A stretch of 64,000 nt of DNA from an uncultured bacterium (GTDB lineage: Bacteria > Patescibacteriota > Minisyncoccia > UBA6257 > 2-01-FULL-56-20): the NCBI GenBank assembly GCA_963696395.1, contig CAVOJZ010000002.1, positions 559,317 through 623,316 of the forward strand, given 5' to 3'. The first letter of the stretch is position 1; every line of letters starts with the position of its first letter. The notes beneath the pieces are model-generated. The model saw only the letters and a list, made by a program, of their open reading frames with translations, searched no databases and was not told the origin of the DNA. The position numbers were made by a program, and so were the translations under genes. Below, in pieces: positions 1 through 9,466 of this stretch.

Positions 1-1
1 G

Positions 2-358
2 GTGTGGTTCAGGAATTTCCTGTTCGGTTTTTTTATCGTTGTCGCGGAAGTTCTTCTCATCGTGTGGGGGAACCGCGCACCGCGCACCATTGAATTCCTG
101 GTGAGTGATGAAGGTGTAGCAATCGATGTGCACAAGACGTATGGCATCAAAGAGTTTGAAAGCTGGAGCACGGAGTCGCTCAATGACGACTGGAGCGAAC
201 TATTCTTTAACTTTCGGTCGCGCGTGAGGCCGCCGATCAAATTGCTTGTGCCGGCGGACAGGCTCGCGGATCTGCGCACGAACCTGAAGGCGATTCTGAA
301 AGAGGTTGAGCATCAGGCGTCGCTTTTGGATTCCATTGAAAAATTCCTCAGATTTTAG
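2..358 (+). CDS. Hypothetical membrane protein (probably 5'-truncated by the window edge)
   Basis: ORF with an N-terminal hydrophobic helix, ending just before tRNA-Arg. Confidence 0.7.
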   Translation: MWFRNFLFGFFIVVAEVLLIVWGNRAPRTIEFLVSDEGVAIDVHKTYGIKEFESWSTESLNDDWSELFFNFRSRVRPPIKLLVPADRLADLRTNLKAILKEVEHQASLLDSIEKFLRF

Positions 359-377
359 TACCATCAAGTGGCTCGAC

Positions 378-449
378 GCCCTCGTCGTTCAACGGATAGG
401 ACGCAAGATTGCGGATCTTGTAATCGAGGTTCGATTCCTCGCGGGGGCA
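378..449 (+). tRNA. tRNA-Arg(GCG)
   Basis: Acceptor GCCCTCG/CGGGGGC, anticodon arm CAAGA-TTGCGGA-TCTTG, T-loop TTCGATT; no encoded CCA. Confidence 0.93.
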
Positions 450-452
450 CAG

Positions 453-561
453 ACAGCAAAAGAATTCTTTGTGAGGGTACGCGTCGCGGTCTGCTGACCG
501 CGCGCTCCATCTCGCCGCCTTCGCGGCTCCGATAGCCCCTCACAAAGAATTCTCTTGCTGT
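453..561. repeat. Palindromic structured element, copy 1 (tRNA-3'-associated family)
   Basis: 25-bp inverted arms ACAGCAAAAGAATTCTTTGTGAGGG / CCCTCACAAAGAATTCTCTTGCTGT around a core with two small hairpins; the core recurs at 38040, 39328 and 39603. Confidence 0.9.
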
Positions 562-586
562 AGGTGTGGTTTGCTACTATATAGAT

Positions 587-1915
587 ATGAATAAAAAACG
601 AATGCATGAACGGCGCGGGTCGGTGGAGATTATGGTGGTTGTGTTGATCGTCGTAATTATTGCAGCAGCGGCATGGCTTTATCTTGGGCGGAGCAGCAAT
701 CCTTCTTTGGGCGGGCCTCAGGCACAGAACCAACCGGCTGGGCAATCTGCTCTATCTTCCACAATCCCAGCGTCGCAAGGCCAGAATCAGGCATCAAATC
801 CAAACGATCCAACTTCCCAATATACTTTGTTTCGTCCCGCGGGATCTGCGGCGCAGTTGCTTGGTACCTTAGGGAGCCAGTTCAAGGTGCAATTCGTCGC
901 GTTTACAACCATTAAAACGCCCGGTGGCTCTTCATGGCAGTATCCTTTTTTCAATCAATATTTTTATAACGAACAAACAAATTCGGGGTGGACGTATAGC
1001 CTGACTGCGGCAGACGGGAGCGGCTATCTAAAGGCAATATCGCTGAGCATGGATCAATATGGATCGTTTCCGGCGTTAACGATGACGTATCCGGTTATCG
1101 ATCCTGACACGGGGGCGATCGATCATCTTACCGCACAACGGTTATTGCCGACGGAAAATGGAACGATAACATTTTCTCCTGTCGGGAGCGTCCATCCAAC
1201 GGGACGGGTTGTCTTTGTGGTGCCCACGGAAACGACCACCACTACACTGCTCTATCCCGGCGGTACGTTGACGATCGATCTTCAGGATCAAACCATTACT
1301 GCCGTCGTAACGGCTCCAACCGGAGCACCGACCGTTCAAACAAGTCCGATCATGGTTACCGCCGCGCCGCTCTCCTGGTATTCGCAGAATATTCAGACCT
1401 ACACCGATTCTAGCGGTTCGTTTTCCGTTGAATACCCCGGGAGCCTAACCCCTGACGATTCGGTGAACGGGAATTCCGGCAGTTATCTGGACAGCGAGCT
1501 CGTGGACATCTCGAATCCTGACGCGCCGGGATTTATCATCTCACCTCAGGTAAATGGTTCAATCTATGGAATTGATGTGCAATACTCTTCGCCGGTGGAT
1601 CTTTCGGTGTGCGAAAACCCCGGGAATGAAAATACGAATGGAGCAGTGCCGCCGATAACCATCAATAATGTGAATTGGTATAAGGCGACCGTGCTTAGTA
1701 ATGATGGCCTGCCGGCGGGCGGCCAGCAGGGAATCGACGACATCTATCAAACTTCTCAGGGTGGAAAGTGCTGGGCGTTTGATTTCACGTGGGACGCTTC
1801 GAGTGCATCAGCGCCAAGTTACGACGCCGTAAGCATTTTTGAAGAATCATTACTTGGGACATTCCACGTTCTCGATGCAAGCGCACTTCCTGACACGGGA
1901 AATAACGCCGACTAA
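587..1915 (+). CDS. Membrane-anchored secreted protein with pilin-like N-terminus and possible PsbP-like C-terminal domain
   Basis: RRGSVEIMVVVLIVVII N-terminus; TYTDSSGSFSVEYP motif; TACTAT 6 nt upstream of ATG 587. Confidence 0.7.
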   Translation: MNKKRMHERRGSVEIMVVVLIVVIIAAAAWLYLGRSSNPSLGGPQAQNQPAGQSALSSTIPASQGQNQASNPNDPTSQYTLFRPAGSAAQLLGTLGSQFKVQFVAFTTIKTPGGSSWQYPFFNQYFYNEQTNSGWTYSLTAADGSGYLKAISLSMDQYGSFPALTMTYPVIDPDTGAIDHLTAQRLLPTENGTITFSPVGSVHPTGRVVFVVPTETTTTTLLYPGGTLTIDLQDQTITAVVTAPTGAPTVQTSPIMVTAAPLSWYSQNIQTYTDSSGSFSVEYPGSLTPDDSVNGNSGSYLDSELVDISNPDAPGFIISPQVNGSIYGIDVQYSSPVDLSVCENPGNENTNGAVPPITINNVNWYKATVLSNDGLPAGGQQGIDDIYQTSQGGKCWAFDFTWDASSASAPSYDAVSIFEESLLGTFHVLDASALPDTGNNAD

Positions 1916-1945
1916 GATTGCAGAAAAGTCTTTCTTTCCGCCGCT

Positions 1946-2986
1946 TTAATCCAGGCCGCTGTTCGCGTAGGACGCAACGGTGTCCCACGTGGTATGCGAT
2001 ATTGCCGAGATGGTTTGCGTAAGGCTCGCAAGGTTGGTGCCTTTGGTCATCACGCAGAGAATGTACGGATGATTCGGATAATAAACGATACCGCAATCCG
2101 AGAGCGTGATTTCGGGTGTTATTGGATTGCTGCCGTCCACACTCTCACCGAATTTGTGCGCTATCACGGTGCCGCTCGGAAGTCCCGCGACGAGGCCCTG
2201 GCTGTATCTGGCTTGCGCCATGATTCCCAAAGCCTTCTCGGAATATTCGCGGCTCAAATAGGTTGCATTGAATAATGCTTTCAGGATTGTGGAATATTGC
2301 TTTGCCGAAATGGTATAGGTGGAATAATCCTGTGTCACATCAAGATACGAGAATCCCAGATCAGTTGATATTTCGCTCAGGCTGCTCGCGGAAATGTTAT
2401 CGATCAGAGCATTCTTTGCGCCGTTGTCGGAATTCTCAATCATCGCTTCGATGAGTTGTTCCACGGTATAGGTTCCTCCAACTTGAAGATCCGAGGGCGT
2501 CTCAAACGGTATGCCGTTGAGTTGATCCGCCGTGGATGAGGAATAGAGCAACGTCTGTTGCAGGATCGACGGATCAGCCTCAGCCTCTTTATAGTAGGCG
2601 ATCATGAGCACCACCTTCATCATGCTGCCGGGAGCAAAGCCGGTGTTCTCGTTTATGCCGCTCCAACGTCCAAGGGAAAGATCGCGGAAATAAAAACCGT
2701 AGGCATCCGGCGGCGAGCTGGTCTCGGAGGAGACCACGGCGCTCACGGCTGATTGCAGGGGACTGTATTCGTCGATTTCCTGTATCGTGTTCGGAAGGTC
2801 GTATCCGAGAAGCGGATTGATGAAGTGGTAACTATTGTCGGTCTGCCGCATCGGTTTGATTTGCAAAGCGATGGCGGCAAGTTGGGAATTGAGACTGCTG
2901 TACCAAAAAATGGAAGCGACGGCGGCTCCGCCAACGAAGGCGCCGCAGTATTTCGCGGCGGTTTTCCATTGAACATTTAGCTTCAT
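1946..2986 (-). CDS. Serine hydrolase, class A beta-lactamase/PBP-like fold
   Basis: SxxK (GSMMK), SDN and HKFG motifs; N-terminal membrane anchor. Confidence 0.85.
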   Translation of the reverse strand: MKLNVQWKTAAKYCGAFVGGAAVASIFWYSSLNSQLAAIALQIKPMRQTDNSYHFINPLLGYDLPNTIQEIDEYSPLQSAVSAVVSSETSSPPDAYGFYFRDLSLGRWSGINENTGFAPGSMMKVVLMIAYYKEAEADPSILQQTLLYSSSTADQLNGIPFETPSDLQVGGTYTVEQLIEAMIENSDNGAKNALIDNISASSLSEISTDLGFSYLDVTQDYSTYTISAKQYSTILKALFNATYLSREYSEKALGIMAQARYSQGLVAGLPSGTVIAHKFGESVDGSNPITPEITLSDCGIVYYPNHPYILCVMTKGTNLASLTQTISAISHTTWDTVASYANSGLD

Positions 2987-3045
2987 TACCGATTATTATA
3001 GAATAGATTGATATTTTCGGAAAACCGTATACAATAATTCCGTAA

Positions 3046-3117
3046 GCGGGTATCGTATAGCGGCTATTATGTAACCTTGCCAAGGTTAAGATACGGGTTC
3101 GACTCCCGTTACCCGCT
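3046..3117 (+). tRNA. tRNA-Gly(GCC)
   Basis: GCGGGTA/TACCCGC acceptor, TAACC-TTGCCAA-GGTTA anticodon arm, TTCGACT T-loop. Confidence 0.93.
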
Positions 3118-3120
3118 CAG

Positions 3121-3912
3121 ATGATTATTGAAGTCAAAAATCTTACAAAGCGATTCGGGAGTTTTGTCGCCGTGGACGACGTCTCATTCGGCGTTGAACG
3201 GGGGGAAATTTTCGCGTGCCTTGGGCCGAATGGCGCAGGAAAAAGCACGACCATAAAGATGTTGATCACGCTTCTTGCGCCGACATCCGGCAATGCGGTG
3301 ATCAACGGGCACGACATCGTGCACCACGCCGCCGAGGTGCGGAACTCAATCGGCTATGTCCCGCAGGCGATCTCGGTTGACGGCACGCTCACGGCATATG
3401 AAAACCTTGTGCTCTTCGCCCGCCTCTACGACATCCCACGCACCGAACGCGCCGGACGCATCAAGGAAGCGCTCGCATTTTTGAAACTTGAAGACCACGC
3501 AAATGCCCTCGTCAGGACTTTTTCCGGCGGCATGATCCGCAAAATGGAAATCGGCCAGGCGATGTTGCATCGTCCTGCGGTGCTCTTTCTCGACGAACCG
3601 ACGACCGGCCTTGATCCCATTGCCCAGCAGAGCGTCTGGGGTCACCTTTCGGATTTGCGCGAAACCGGAACAACTATATTTTTTTCAACGCACAACATGG
3701 AAGAGGCGGATGGCGTGAGCGATCGCGTTGCCATCATGAACCAGGGGAAAATTGCTATCATCGGATCGGTGCCGGAACTGAAAGCAAAAACAAACAAGCA
3801 GAACGCGACGCTCGAGGATGCGTTTATCTTCTTTACCGGCAACACTATGAAGGAAACAGGAAACTTCCGTGAAATACGGAAGATGCGGCAAAACGAACGA
3901 AGACTTGGATAA
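3121..3912 (+). CDS. ABC-2 (DrrA-like) exporter ATP-binding protein
   Basis: Walker A GPNGAGKST, signature FSGGM, Walker B LFLDEPT, H-loop. Confidence 0.93.
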   Translation: MIIEVKNLTKRFGSFVAVDDVSFGVERGEIFACLGPNGAGKSTTIKMLITLLAPTSGNAVINGHDIVHHAAEVRNSIGYVPQAISVDGTLTAYENLVLFARLYDIPRTERAGRIKEALAFLKLEDHANALVRTFSGGMIRKMEIGQAMLHRPAVLFLDEPTTGLDPIAQQSVWGHLSDLRETGTTIFFSTHNMEEADGVSDRVAIMNQGKIAIIGSVPELKAKTNKQNATLEDAFIFFTGNTMKETGNFREIRKMRQNERRLG

Positions 3913-3917
3913 CGAAT

Positions 3918-4694
3918 ATGATCAACTATCTTTATGAAACGATAAAAAAATCGTATGTCATGGCCGAGATGGAGGCCCGCAAACTGATCCATGACCCGAC
4001 CGAGCTTATCTCGCGCGCCGTTCAGCCGATTTTGTGGCTCGGCATTTTCGGTGAAGCGTTGAGTAAGGTCCGTGCGATACCAACGGGAGGGCTCACGTAT
4101 CTTCAATTTATCACGCCGGGAATTCTCACGCAGTCGGTGACCTTCGTCGCCATTTTCTACGGCCTCTATATCATCATGGACCGCGACACCGGCATATTGC
4201 AGAAATTGCTCGTAACGCCGACGCCGCGCCTCGCGCTCGTGTGGGGAAAAATGATTTCCGCCGGTTTGCGCGGGTTGAGCCAGGCGCTCATCGTATTTAT
4301 TTTTGCGCTCATCCTCGGCGTGCAACTGCAGATTTCGCTGTGGTCCATTATTGGCGTGATCATCATCGTGATGTTGGGTGCCGCGGTTTTCACGGGCATT
4401 TCCATGATCATTGCCTCGATCGTAAAAACGAGGGAGCGGTTTATGGGCATCGGGCAAGTGATCACGCTCCCGCTTTTCTTCGCCTCGAACGCAATTTATC
4501 CGGTTTCGATTATGCCGGGATGGTTGCAGGTTGTCGCGAATATTAATCCATTGAGCTATATGGTTGACGGCTTGCGGGCTCTCATGCTGACCGGCAGCGG
4601 CGCAGGCGTCGGCTTCGACATCGGCGTTCTCGCGATTGTTGCGCTCCTCATCTCCTTCCTCAGCGCATGGATGTATCCGAAAGTGGTGATATAA
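3918..4694 (+). CDS. ABC-2 type exporter permease
   Basis: About six TM helices, NPLSY motif, adjacent to the ATPase. Confidence 0.9.
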   Translation: MINYLYETIKKSYVMAEMEARKLIHDPTELISRAVQPILWLGIFGEALSKVRAIPTGGLTYLQFITPGILTQSVTFVAIFYGLYIIMDRDTGILQKLLVTPTPRLALVWGKMISAGLRGLSQALIVFIFALILGVQLQISLWSIIGVIIIVMLGAAVFTGISMIIASIVKTRERFMGIGQVITLPLFFASNAIYPVSIMPGWLQVVANINPLSYMVDGLRALMLTGSGAGVGFDIGVLAIVALLISFLSAWMYPKVVI

Positions 4695-4701
4695 TGGCTC
4701 C

Positions 4702-5418
4702 ATGAATCCATCAACAAAGAAGACGCTGATCTATGTTCTCATTGTTCTTGTGGCCGCAATCGTCATCGGCGTAATCGCGTGGTCTTCCCGCCCTGCAGAG
4801 ACTCCCGCGAGTGTTTCGACAACTGGAACGCCTTCCGGAGTGACGACAACAACAACGACGTCCACGGCACCTTCAGCAACGGCATCCTCCTCGATCAGCG
4901 CACAGGCATCTTCCACGGGCGGCCTCACGGTTAAGGTGAGTCCGATTGTTCCCTCTGCCACGTCAACCTCGTGGGAATCGTATACGGCCAAAACCGTCAA
5001 GGTTGCTTTTAGCGTTCCGCCAGGCTGGGCACCGGGTCCAAATATCCCGATCTCGATTGATAATTTTAATCATCAATATCAAGGCGATTCGATTATTCCG
5101 CCGGGCGGCGCCGAGATCGATATCGTGAGCACTAACTATTCGGGTTTGCTTGCCGACCTTATCAAAACAGAGACCATGAGCGGAACCGTAAACGCAACAA
5201 GCACGGTTTCCGTCGAAGGAGTTTCGTGCGCAAAGGTTATGTATAGCTCAAGCTATGCGAGCGGCTATCCTTCAAGCAATGTTGCCGTATACTGTCAGGA
5301 TGCGGCAAATGGCTTGCTTTACAAATTCTATCTTTCATATCCCTCCGGTGATTCGAAAGGGACGCAGGACCTTGCGGTGTTCGGACAGTTTTTAGGTAAG
5401 GTCCAGTTCACTCAATGA
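4702..5418 (+). CDS. Membrane-anchored Ser/Thr-rich protein, possible PsbP-like domain
   Basis: N-terminal TM, S/T linker, WESY...FSVPPGW motif. Confidence 0.65.
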   Translation: MNPSTKKTLIYVLIVLVAAIVIGVIAWSSRPAETPASVSTTGTPSGVTTTTTTSTAPSATASSSISAQASSTGGLTVKVSPIVPSATSTSWESYTAKTVKVAFSVPPGWAPGPNIPISIDNFNHQYQGDSIIPPGGAEIDIVSTNYSGLLADLIKTETMSGTVNATSTVSVEGVSCAKVMYSSSYASGYPSSNVAVYCQDAANGLLYKFYLSYPSGDSKGTQDLAVFGQFLGKVQFTQ

Positions 5419-5900
5419 TCTCTATTATTGCTGCCATCGGTAAAAATCGGGAGCTGGGCTTTAAAGATAAATTGCTGTGGCGACTCCCGGACGATTTGAA
5501 GCGATTTAAAAAGATCACAACCGGGCATGCTATCGTGATGGGGCGGAAGACCTATGAAACGATCGGCAGGCCTTTGCCTGACCGAAAAAATATTGTGATC
5601 ACGAGGAACGATGCATATCTTGCGCCCGGATGTATTGTGGTTTCGTCGCTCGATGAAGCCATAGAAGCCGCAGGCGGGGATTCTGAAGTTTTCGTGATGG
5701 GCGGCGGCGAGATCTACGCCCTCGCGCTCGCAAGCGCCGACCGGATGTATCTCACCTTCGTGGATGCCGCGACGCCTGCAGACACGTTTTTCCCGGAATT
5801 TAATGCAGCGGATTGGAAGCTGGTATCGGAGGAGCCTCACGCCGCCGACGATAGGCACGCATACCCCTTTGTTTTCCGGATTTACGACCGAAAACGGTAG
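5415..5900 (+). CDS. folA: Dihydrofolate reductase
   Basis: IAAIGKNRELG, W-LPDDLKRFK, MGRKTYETIG-RPLPDRKN, GGGEIY, DTFFP. Confidence 0.96.
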   Translation: MISIIAAIGKNRELGFKDKLLWRLPDDLKRFKKITTGHAIVMGRKTYETIGRPLPDRKNIVITRNDAYLAPGCIVVSSLDEAIEAAGGDSEVFVMGGGEIYALALASADRMYLTFVDAATPADTFFPEFNAADWKLVSEEPHAADDRHAYPFVFRIYDRKR

Positions 5901-5951
5901 GCGTTGCGGGAAAGAATTGTAAAACTCACACCGGTGCGATAGACTTTTCCT

Positions 5952-6839
5952 ATGAAACCACTTGCAGAACGAACGCCGGATCCGCAATATCAGAATTTGC
6001 TGCGCAAAATTTTTGAAGAGGGTACCGAGGTTCTGCCGATCCACGGAGAGAAAGCACGTATGCTTGTGGGCCAGCAATTGCGTTACAAAATGGAGAACGG
6101 TTTTCCCGTGATCACCGAGCGCGATCTTTCCGGTTCGTTTTTAAAAGGCGCACTTGCTGAGCACATTGCGTTTTTGCATGGCGCCCGGACACAGGCGCAG
6201 CTCGAAGCTTTTGGTTGCAAATGGTGGAGCAAGTGGGTCACAAAGGAGAAATGTGATATCTTCGGATTGCCGGAAGGAGATCTCGGAGACGGATCATACG
6301 GTGCCGCATGGGCGAGCTTTCCCACGAAAGAAGGTGAGCCGTTCAACCAGATCAAGCATCTCGTCCAGCAAATAAAGGAGCGGCCTTATCTTCGCACGCA
6401 TTTCCTTTCGCCATGGATTCCGCAATACACGCTTCAGCATGAGGGTCTCACGCGGAAGGTGGTTGTTGCGCCATGCCATGGATGGATCCACGTGCTGTGT
6501 TTCCCTGAAACGAAGGAGCTCGTCATCCACCACTTCCAGCGGAGCGCTGATTTTCCCGTTGGCGTACCATTCAACATCATCCAATATGCGGCGTTCGGGC
6601 TGATGCTTGGACAGGAGATCGGTTACTCGCTTCGCGAGGTTGTCTACACTTTTTCAGACGTTCATATTTACGAAAGCCAGTACGAGAAGGTAAAAGAACT
6701 TTTGATGCGTGAGCCCCGGCGTCTTGGCACCGTCACGCTCGACCCTTCCATAAAAAGCATTTTTGATTTCCGACCGGAACATTTTACACTCACGGATTAC
6801 GAGCCGCATCCGAAAATGCTGATTCCGACACCGGTATAG
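5952..6839 (+). CDS. thyA: Thymidylate synthase (divergent)
   Basis: Catalytic PCH, QRSADFPVGVPFNI, DVHIYE motifs; next to folA. Confidence 0.92.
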   Translation: MKPLAERTPDPQYQNLLRKIFEEGTEVLPIHGEKARMLVGQQLRYKMENGFPVITERDLSGSFLKGALAEHIAFLHGARTQAQLEAFGCKWWSKWVTKEKCDIFGLPEGDLGDGSYGAAWASFPTKEGEPFNQIKHLVQQIKERPYLRTHFLSPWIPQYTLQHEGLTRKVVVAPCHGWIHVLCFPETKELVIHHFQRSADFPVGVPFNIIQYAAFGLMLGQEIGYSLREVVYTFSDVHIYESQYEKVKELLMREPRRLGTVTLDPSIKSIFDFRPEHFTLTDYEPHPKMLIPTPV

Positions 6840-6850
6840 CCATTATTGCC

Positions 6851-7306
6851 ATGAGTGATTTTGTGAACCACGAAAATACGGCCGCCCGTCCCGACGGCAC
6901 GAAGGGCGTCTATGGGAAGGTTATCGAAAAGATAAAAAAAGACGGCGTGTGCCCATTTTGCCCCGAAAACCTTGCGGTCTATCACCCCAACCCCATCCTG
7001 AAGGATGGTTTATACTGGCTCCTTACGAAAAATGCGTACCCCTATGAAGGCGCAAAATATCACATGCTCATCATCCATAAAAAACACATCACAAGCATGC
7101 GCGACGTTTCGCCGGAGGCCTGGGATGAATTGAAGGCGCTTGTTGATGGATTTGTTGCGGAAGAGAAGATTCCCGGGGGGTCGTTCCTGATGCGGTTTGG
7201 GAAAACCGCCTACACCGGCGCGAGCGTGAGTCATCTTCACGCCAACTTTGTTTCACCGGATGGCGAGGACAAGGATCGCAAGCCGATTGTTGCGCGGATT
7301 GGATAG
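6851..7306 (+). CDS. HIT-family nucleotide hydrolase/transferase
   Basis: CPFC, NAYPY, HMLII and SHLHA motifs. Confidence 0.8.
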   Translation: MSDFVNHENTAARPDGTKGVYGKVIEKIKKDGVCPFCPENLAVYHPNPILKDGLYWLLTKNAYPYEGAKYHMLIIHKKHITSMRDVSPEAWDELKALVDGFVAEEKIPGGSFLMRFGKTAYTGASVSHLHANFVSPDGEDKDRKPIVARIG

Positions 7307-7308
7307 CC

Positions 7309-8154
7309 CTATTTCACCATTACAATTCTCACTCCGAACATTTTTAGAACATCTTCTGCGTCGAGCATGGAATATCCCTTTGCGTAATAAACTTCTTTGA
7401 TCCCGGCGACGGCGACTGACTTTGCACATGTTGGGCAGGGAAATGTGCTTACAAAGAGCGATGCTCCTTCGAGCGGGATTCCTTTCTTGGCAGCAAGCGC
7501 AATGAGTTGGGCTTCAGCGTGAATGAATTTGCCGAGATCTTTATATTGTGCGTCGCCCGCATCAAAGTTGCTGCGTGGGTCACCGAAAATGTTTGGCGTC
7601 TGGTCTGCGGGTAGAGGATTATTGTGCGCCAGAAGCACCGCGCGTTTATCGCGAATCAGGATTGCGCCAACCTGTCGCCACCAATCGGGACTTTTTTTTG
7701 CTTCTGCCAGTGCGTCCGCCATCACGGCCCTGTCGAATGCTTCCTCCGATATTATTCGGTCGGGCGCAACCTCGAATTCGGTAGTGGAAATCTGCCGGTT
7801 CCAGCGAAGGAAGACCGGAACAAACTCTATGTGTATCCCGCCAAGATGATTTTCGGCGAACACGCGGTTTGCTTCATCGTCCGGCGCATAGAGAGCGACC
7901 GCCGAGAGACCGCTTTTAAACTCGTCAAGATTTTTTTTATCTAAAATTACTACTTTTTGAAAAATCCCGAGACCCTCAATAAGAAGTTTTACTTCCTCCG
8001 GCGTAAGCGCACGAATATCGCGCTCGAGGCGGGGTGCTTCCTTAGTGAAGTCACTTCCGAGAATATAAAGAGAGCCGCCCAAAGCATACTTTTTAAAAAA
8101 ATCGATGTAGCCTCGGTGCAATGCGGGGATATAGGAGATGATGGCGTTTTCCAT
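7309..8154 (-). CDS. dCMP deaminase-family protein with an extra N-terminal domain
   Basis: QVGA, HAE and PCPTC zinc motifs in the C-terminal half; N-terminal YIPALHRGY segment. Confidence 0.85.
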   Translation of the reverse strand: MENAIISYIPALHRGYIDFFKKYALGGSLYILGSDFTKEAPRLERDIRALTPEEVKLLIEGLGIFQKVVILDKKNLDEFKSGLSAVALYAPDDEANRVFAENHLGGIHIEFVPVFLRWNRQISTTEFEVAPDRIISEEAFDRAVMADALAEAKKSPDWWRQVGAILIRDKRAVLLAHNNPLPADQTPNIFGDPRSNFDAGDAQYKDLGKFIHAEAQLIALAAKKGIPLEGASLFVSTFPCPTCAKSVAVAGIKEVYYAKGYSMLDAEDVLKMFGVRIVMVK

Positions 8155-8158
8155 AATG

Positions 8159-8764
8159 TTATCCCTGCCTGATTTTGTTCAGAAAATCTTCGGTCAATTT
8201 TTCGACTTCCCGCGCCAATTTTTCGGCACCTTCCATGGTGAGGTCGCGGATGCGAGCCGTTGTGCTGGTCGGTGCCTGCGGAGGAAGAATGATGATTTTC
8301 TTGCAGTAGGCATCATAGGTTCCCTTCGCCAGATCTCTTTTGAAGTCCTCAGTGCTGGTTGATGTTACGAGAACGTCTGGCTGGATAAGCCGGATGAGTT
8401 CTCCGATGTCCTGCCCTGCTTCGCGGATTGTCACGATGTCAACATGGCGGAGGTGGATGAGCATTTGTACCCGCTCCCGCTGTGGAACGATCGGGCGGTT
8501 TGGCCCCTTCCGAATTTTAGTGAGCTCGTCCGAGTCGACGCCCACGATTAGGACGTCTCCATAGGTTTTTGCCGCCTCAAGATAGAGTGCGTGTCCTTCA
8601 TGGATAAGATCATAGACGCCCTGTGTCAATACGATTTTTGCGCCTTGGTTCTTGAGTTCTTTTACTATGACATCAAGTTTTTTATGGTCGGGGATATACC
8701 GATCATTAAAATTCGCTTTGTTCTCCAGGATCTTCTTTGTTGAACCGGTCGCCGTTGTAGCCAT
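8159..8764 (-). CDS. Cytidylyltransferase-like (RfaE-II/TagD HIGH-family) nucleotidyltransferase
   Basis: GVYDLIHEGH, GVDSD, KGPNRP, STT motifs. Confidence 0.88.
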   Translation of the reverse strand: MATTATGSTKKILENKANFNDRYIPDHKKLDVIVKELKNQGAKIVLTQGVYDLIHEGHALYLEAAKTYGDVLIVGVDSDELTKIRKGPNRPIVPQRERVQMLIHLRHVDIVTIREAGQDIGELIRLIQPDVLVTSTSTEDFKRDLAKGTYDAYCKKIIILPPQAPTSTTARIRDLTMEGAEKLAREVEKLTEDFLNKIRQG

Positions 8765-8890
8765 ATTAATAGAAGAAGTATAGACCAAAACCGCTTTTGA
8801 CGAAAAGACCCGAGACGCCTATGATAAACGTATATGAAGATGCCCTAGTTCGTAGGGCATTTTTAATGAAAAGACCGGAAAAAGCCGCAA

Positions 8891-8916
8891 GTAACTTATC
8901 CACAACCTTTAACGTT
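8891..8916 (+). promoter_or_regulatory. Putative ECF-type autoregulatory promoter with a DnaA box in its spacer
   Basis: AAC(8893)-N17-CGT(8913) directly upstream of the sigma ATG; TTATCCACA at 8896-8904. Confidence 0.45.
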
Positions 8917-8920
8917 TTAC

Positions 8921-9466
8921 ATGGTAGATGGCGAAGAAAAGTTAATAAAAGACGCCATCCGGGGCAGCTCCTCGGCTTTTGGGGTTCTCTACGACCACTA
9001 TCAGCCGATGATCTACCGGTTTGTGCTGGTTAAGGTGGCCGGGCGCGCAGAAGCGGAAGATATCACCCATCAGACGTTCCTTTCGGCCTGGCAGAATGTC
9101 CGAACCTACAAACATCGGGGCCATCCCTTCTCAAGCTGGTTGTACCAGATTGCAAGGAACCAGGTCATTGACCACTATCGCGCAAAAAAGGGCGATGTGA
9201 GTATTGACGCAGTGGACCCCGAATATTTCGTAGCGCAGGCATCCATCACGATGGATCTTGCCGGGAAGCTTGAGATGGAAAAAGTTCGGCAGGCAGTCCA
9301 GAAACTGAAGCCGGATTATCAGGATGTGATCATCATGCGCTTCATCGAAGATATTTCGCTCAAGGAAACCGCCTTGGCAATGGGCAAGAGCGAAGGAGCC
9401 GTAAAATTGATTCAGCATCGAGCCATCAAAGAACTTCAAAAGTTATTAGACGCAACACAGCGATGA
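8921..9466 (+). CDS. ECF (sigma-24 family) RNA polymerase sigma factor
   Basis: AEDITHQTF, FSSWLYQIARNQVIDHYR, region 4 ETALAMGKSEGAVK. Confidence 0.93.
   Translation: MVDGEEKLIKDAIRGSSSAFGVLYDHYQPMIYRFVLVKVAGRAEAEDITHQTFLSAWQNVRTYKHRGHPFSSWLYQIARNQVIDHYRAKKGDVSIDAVDPEYFVAQASITMDLAGKLEMEKVRQAVQKLKPDYQDVIIMRFIEDISLKETALAMGKSEGAVKLIQHRAIKELQKLLDATQR

Noticed and set aside
3642-4703. 353-aa minus-strand ORF
   Set aside because: Antisense shadow of the ABC transporter genes, with no recognisable motifs.
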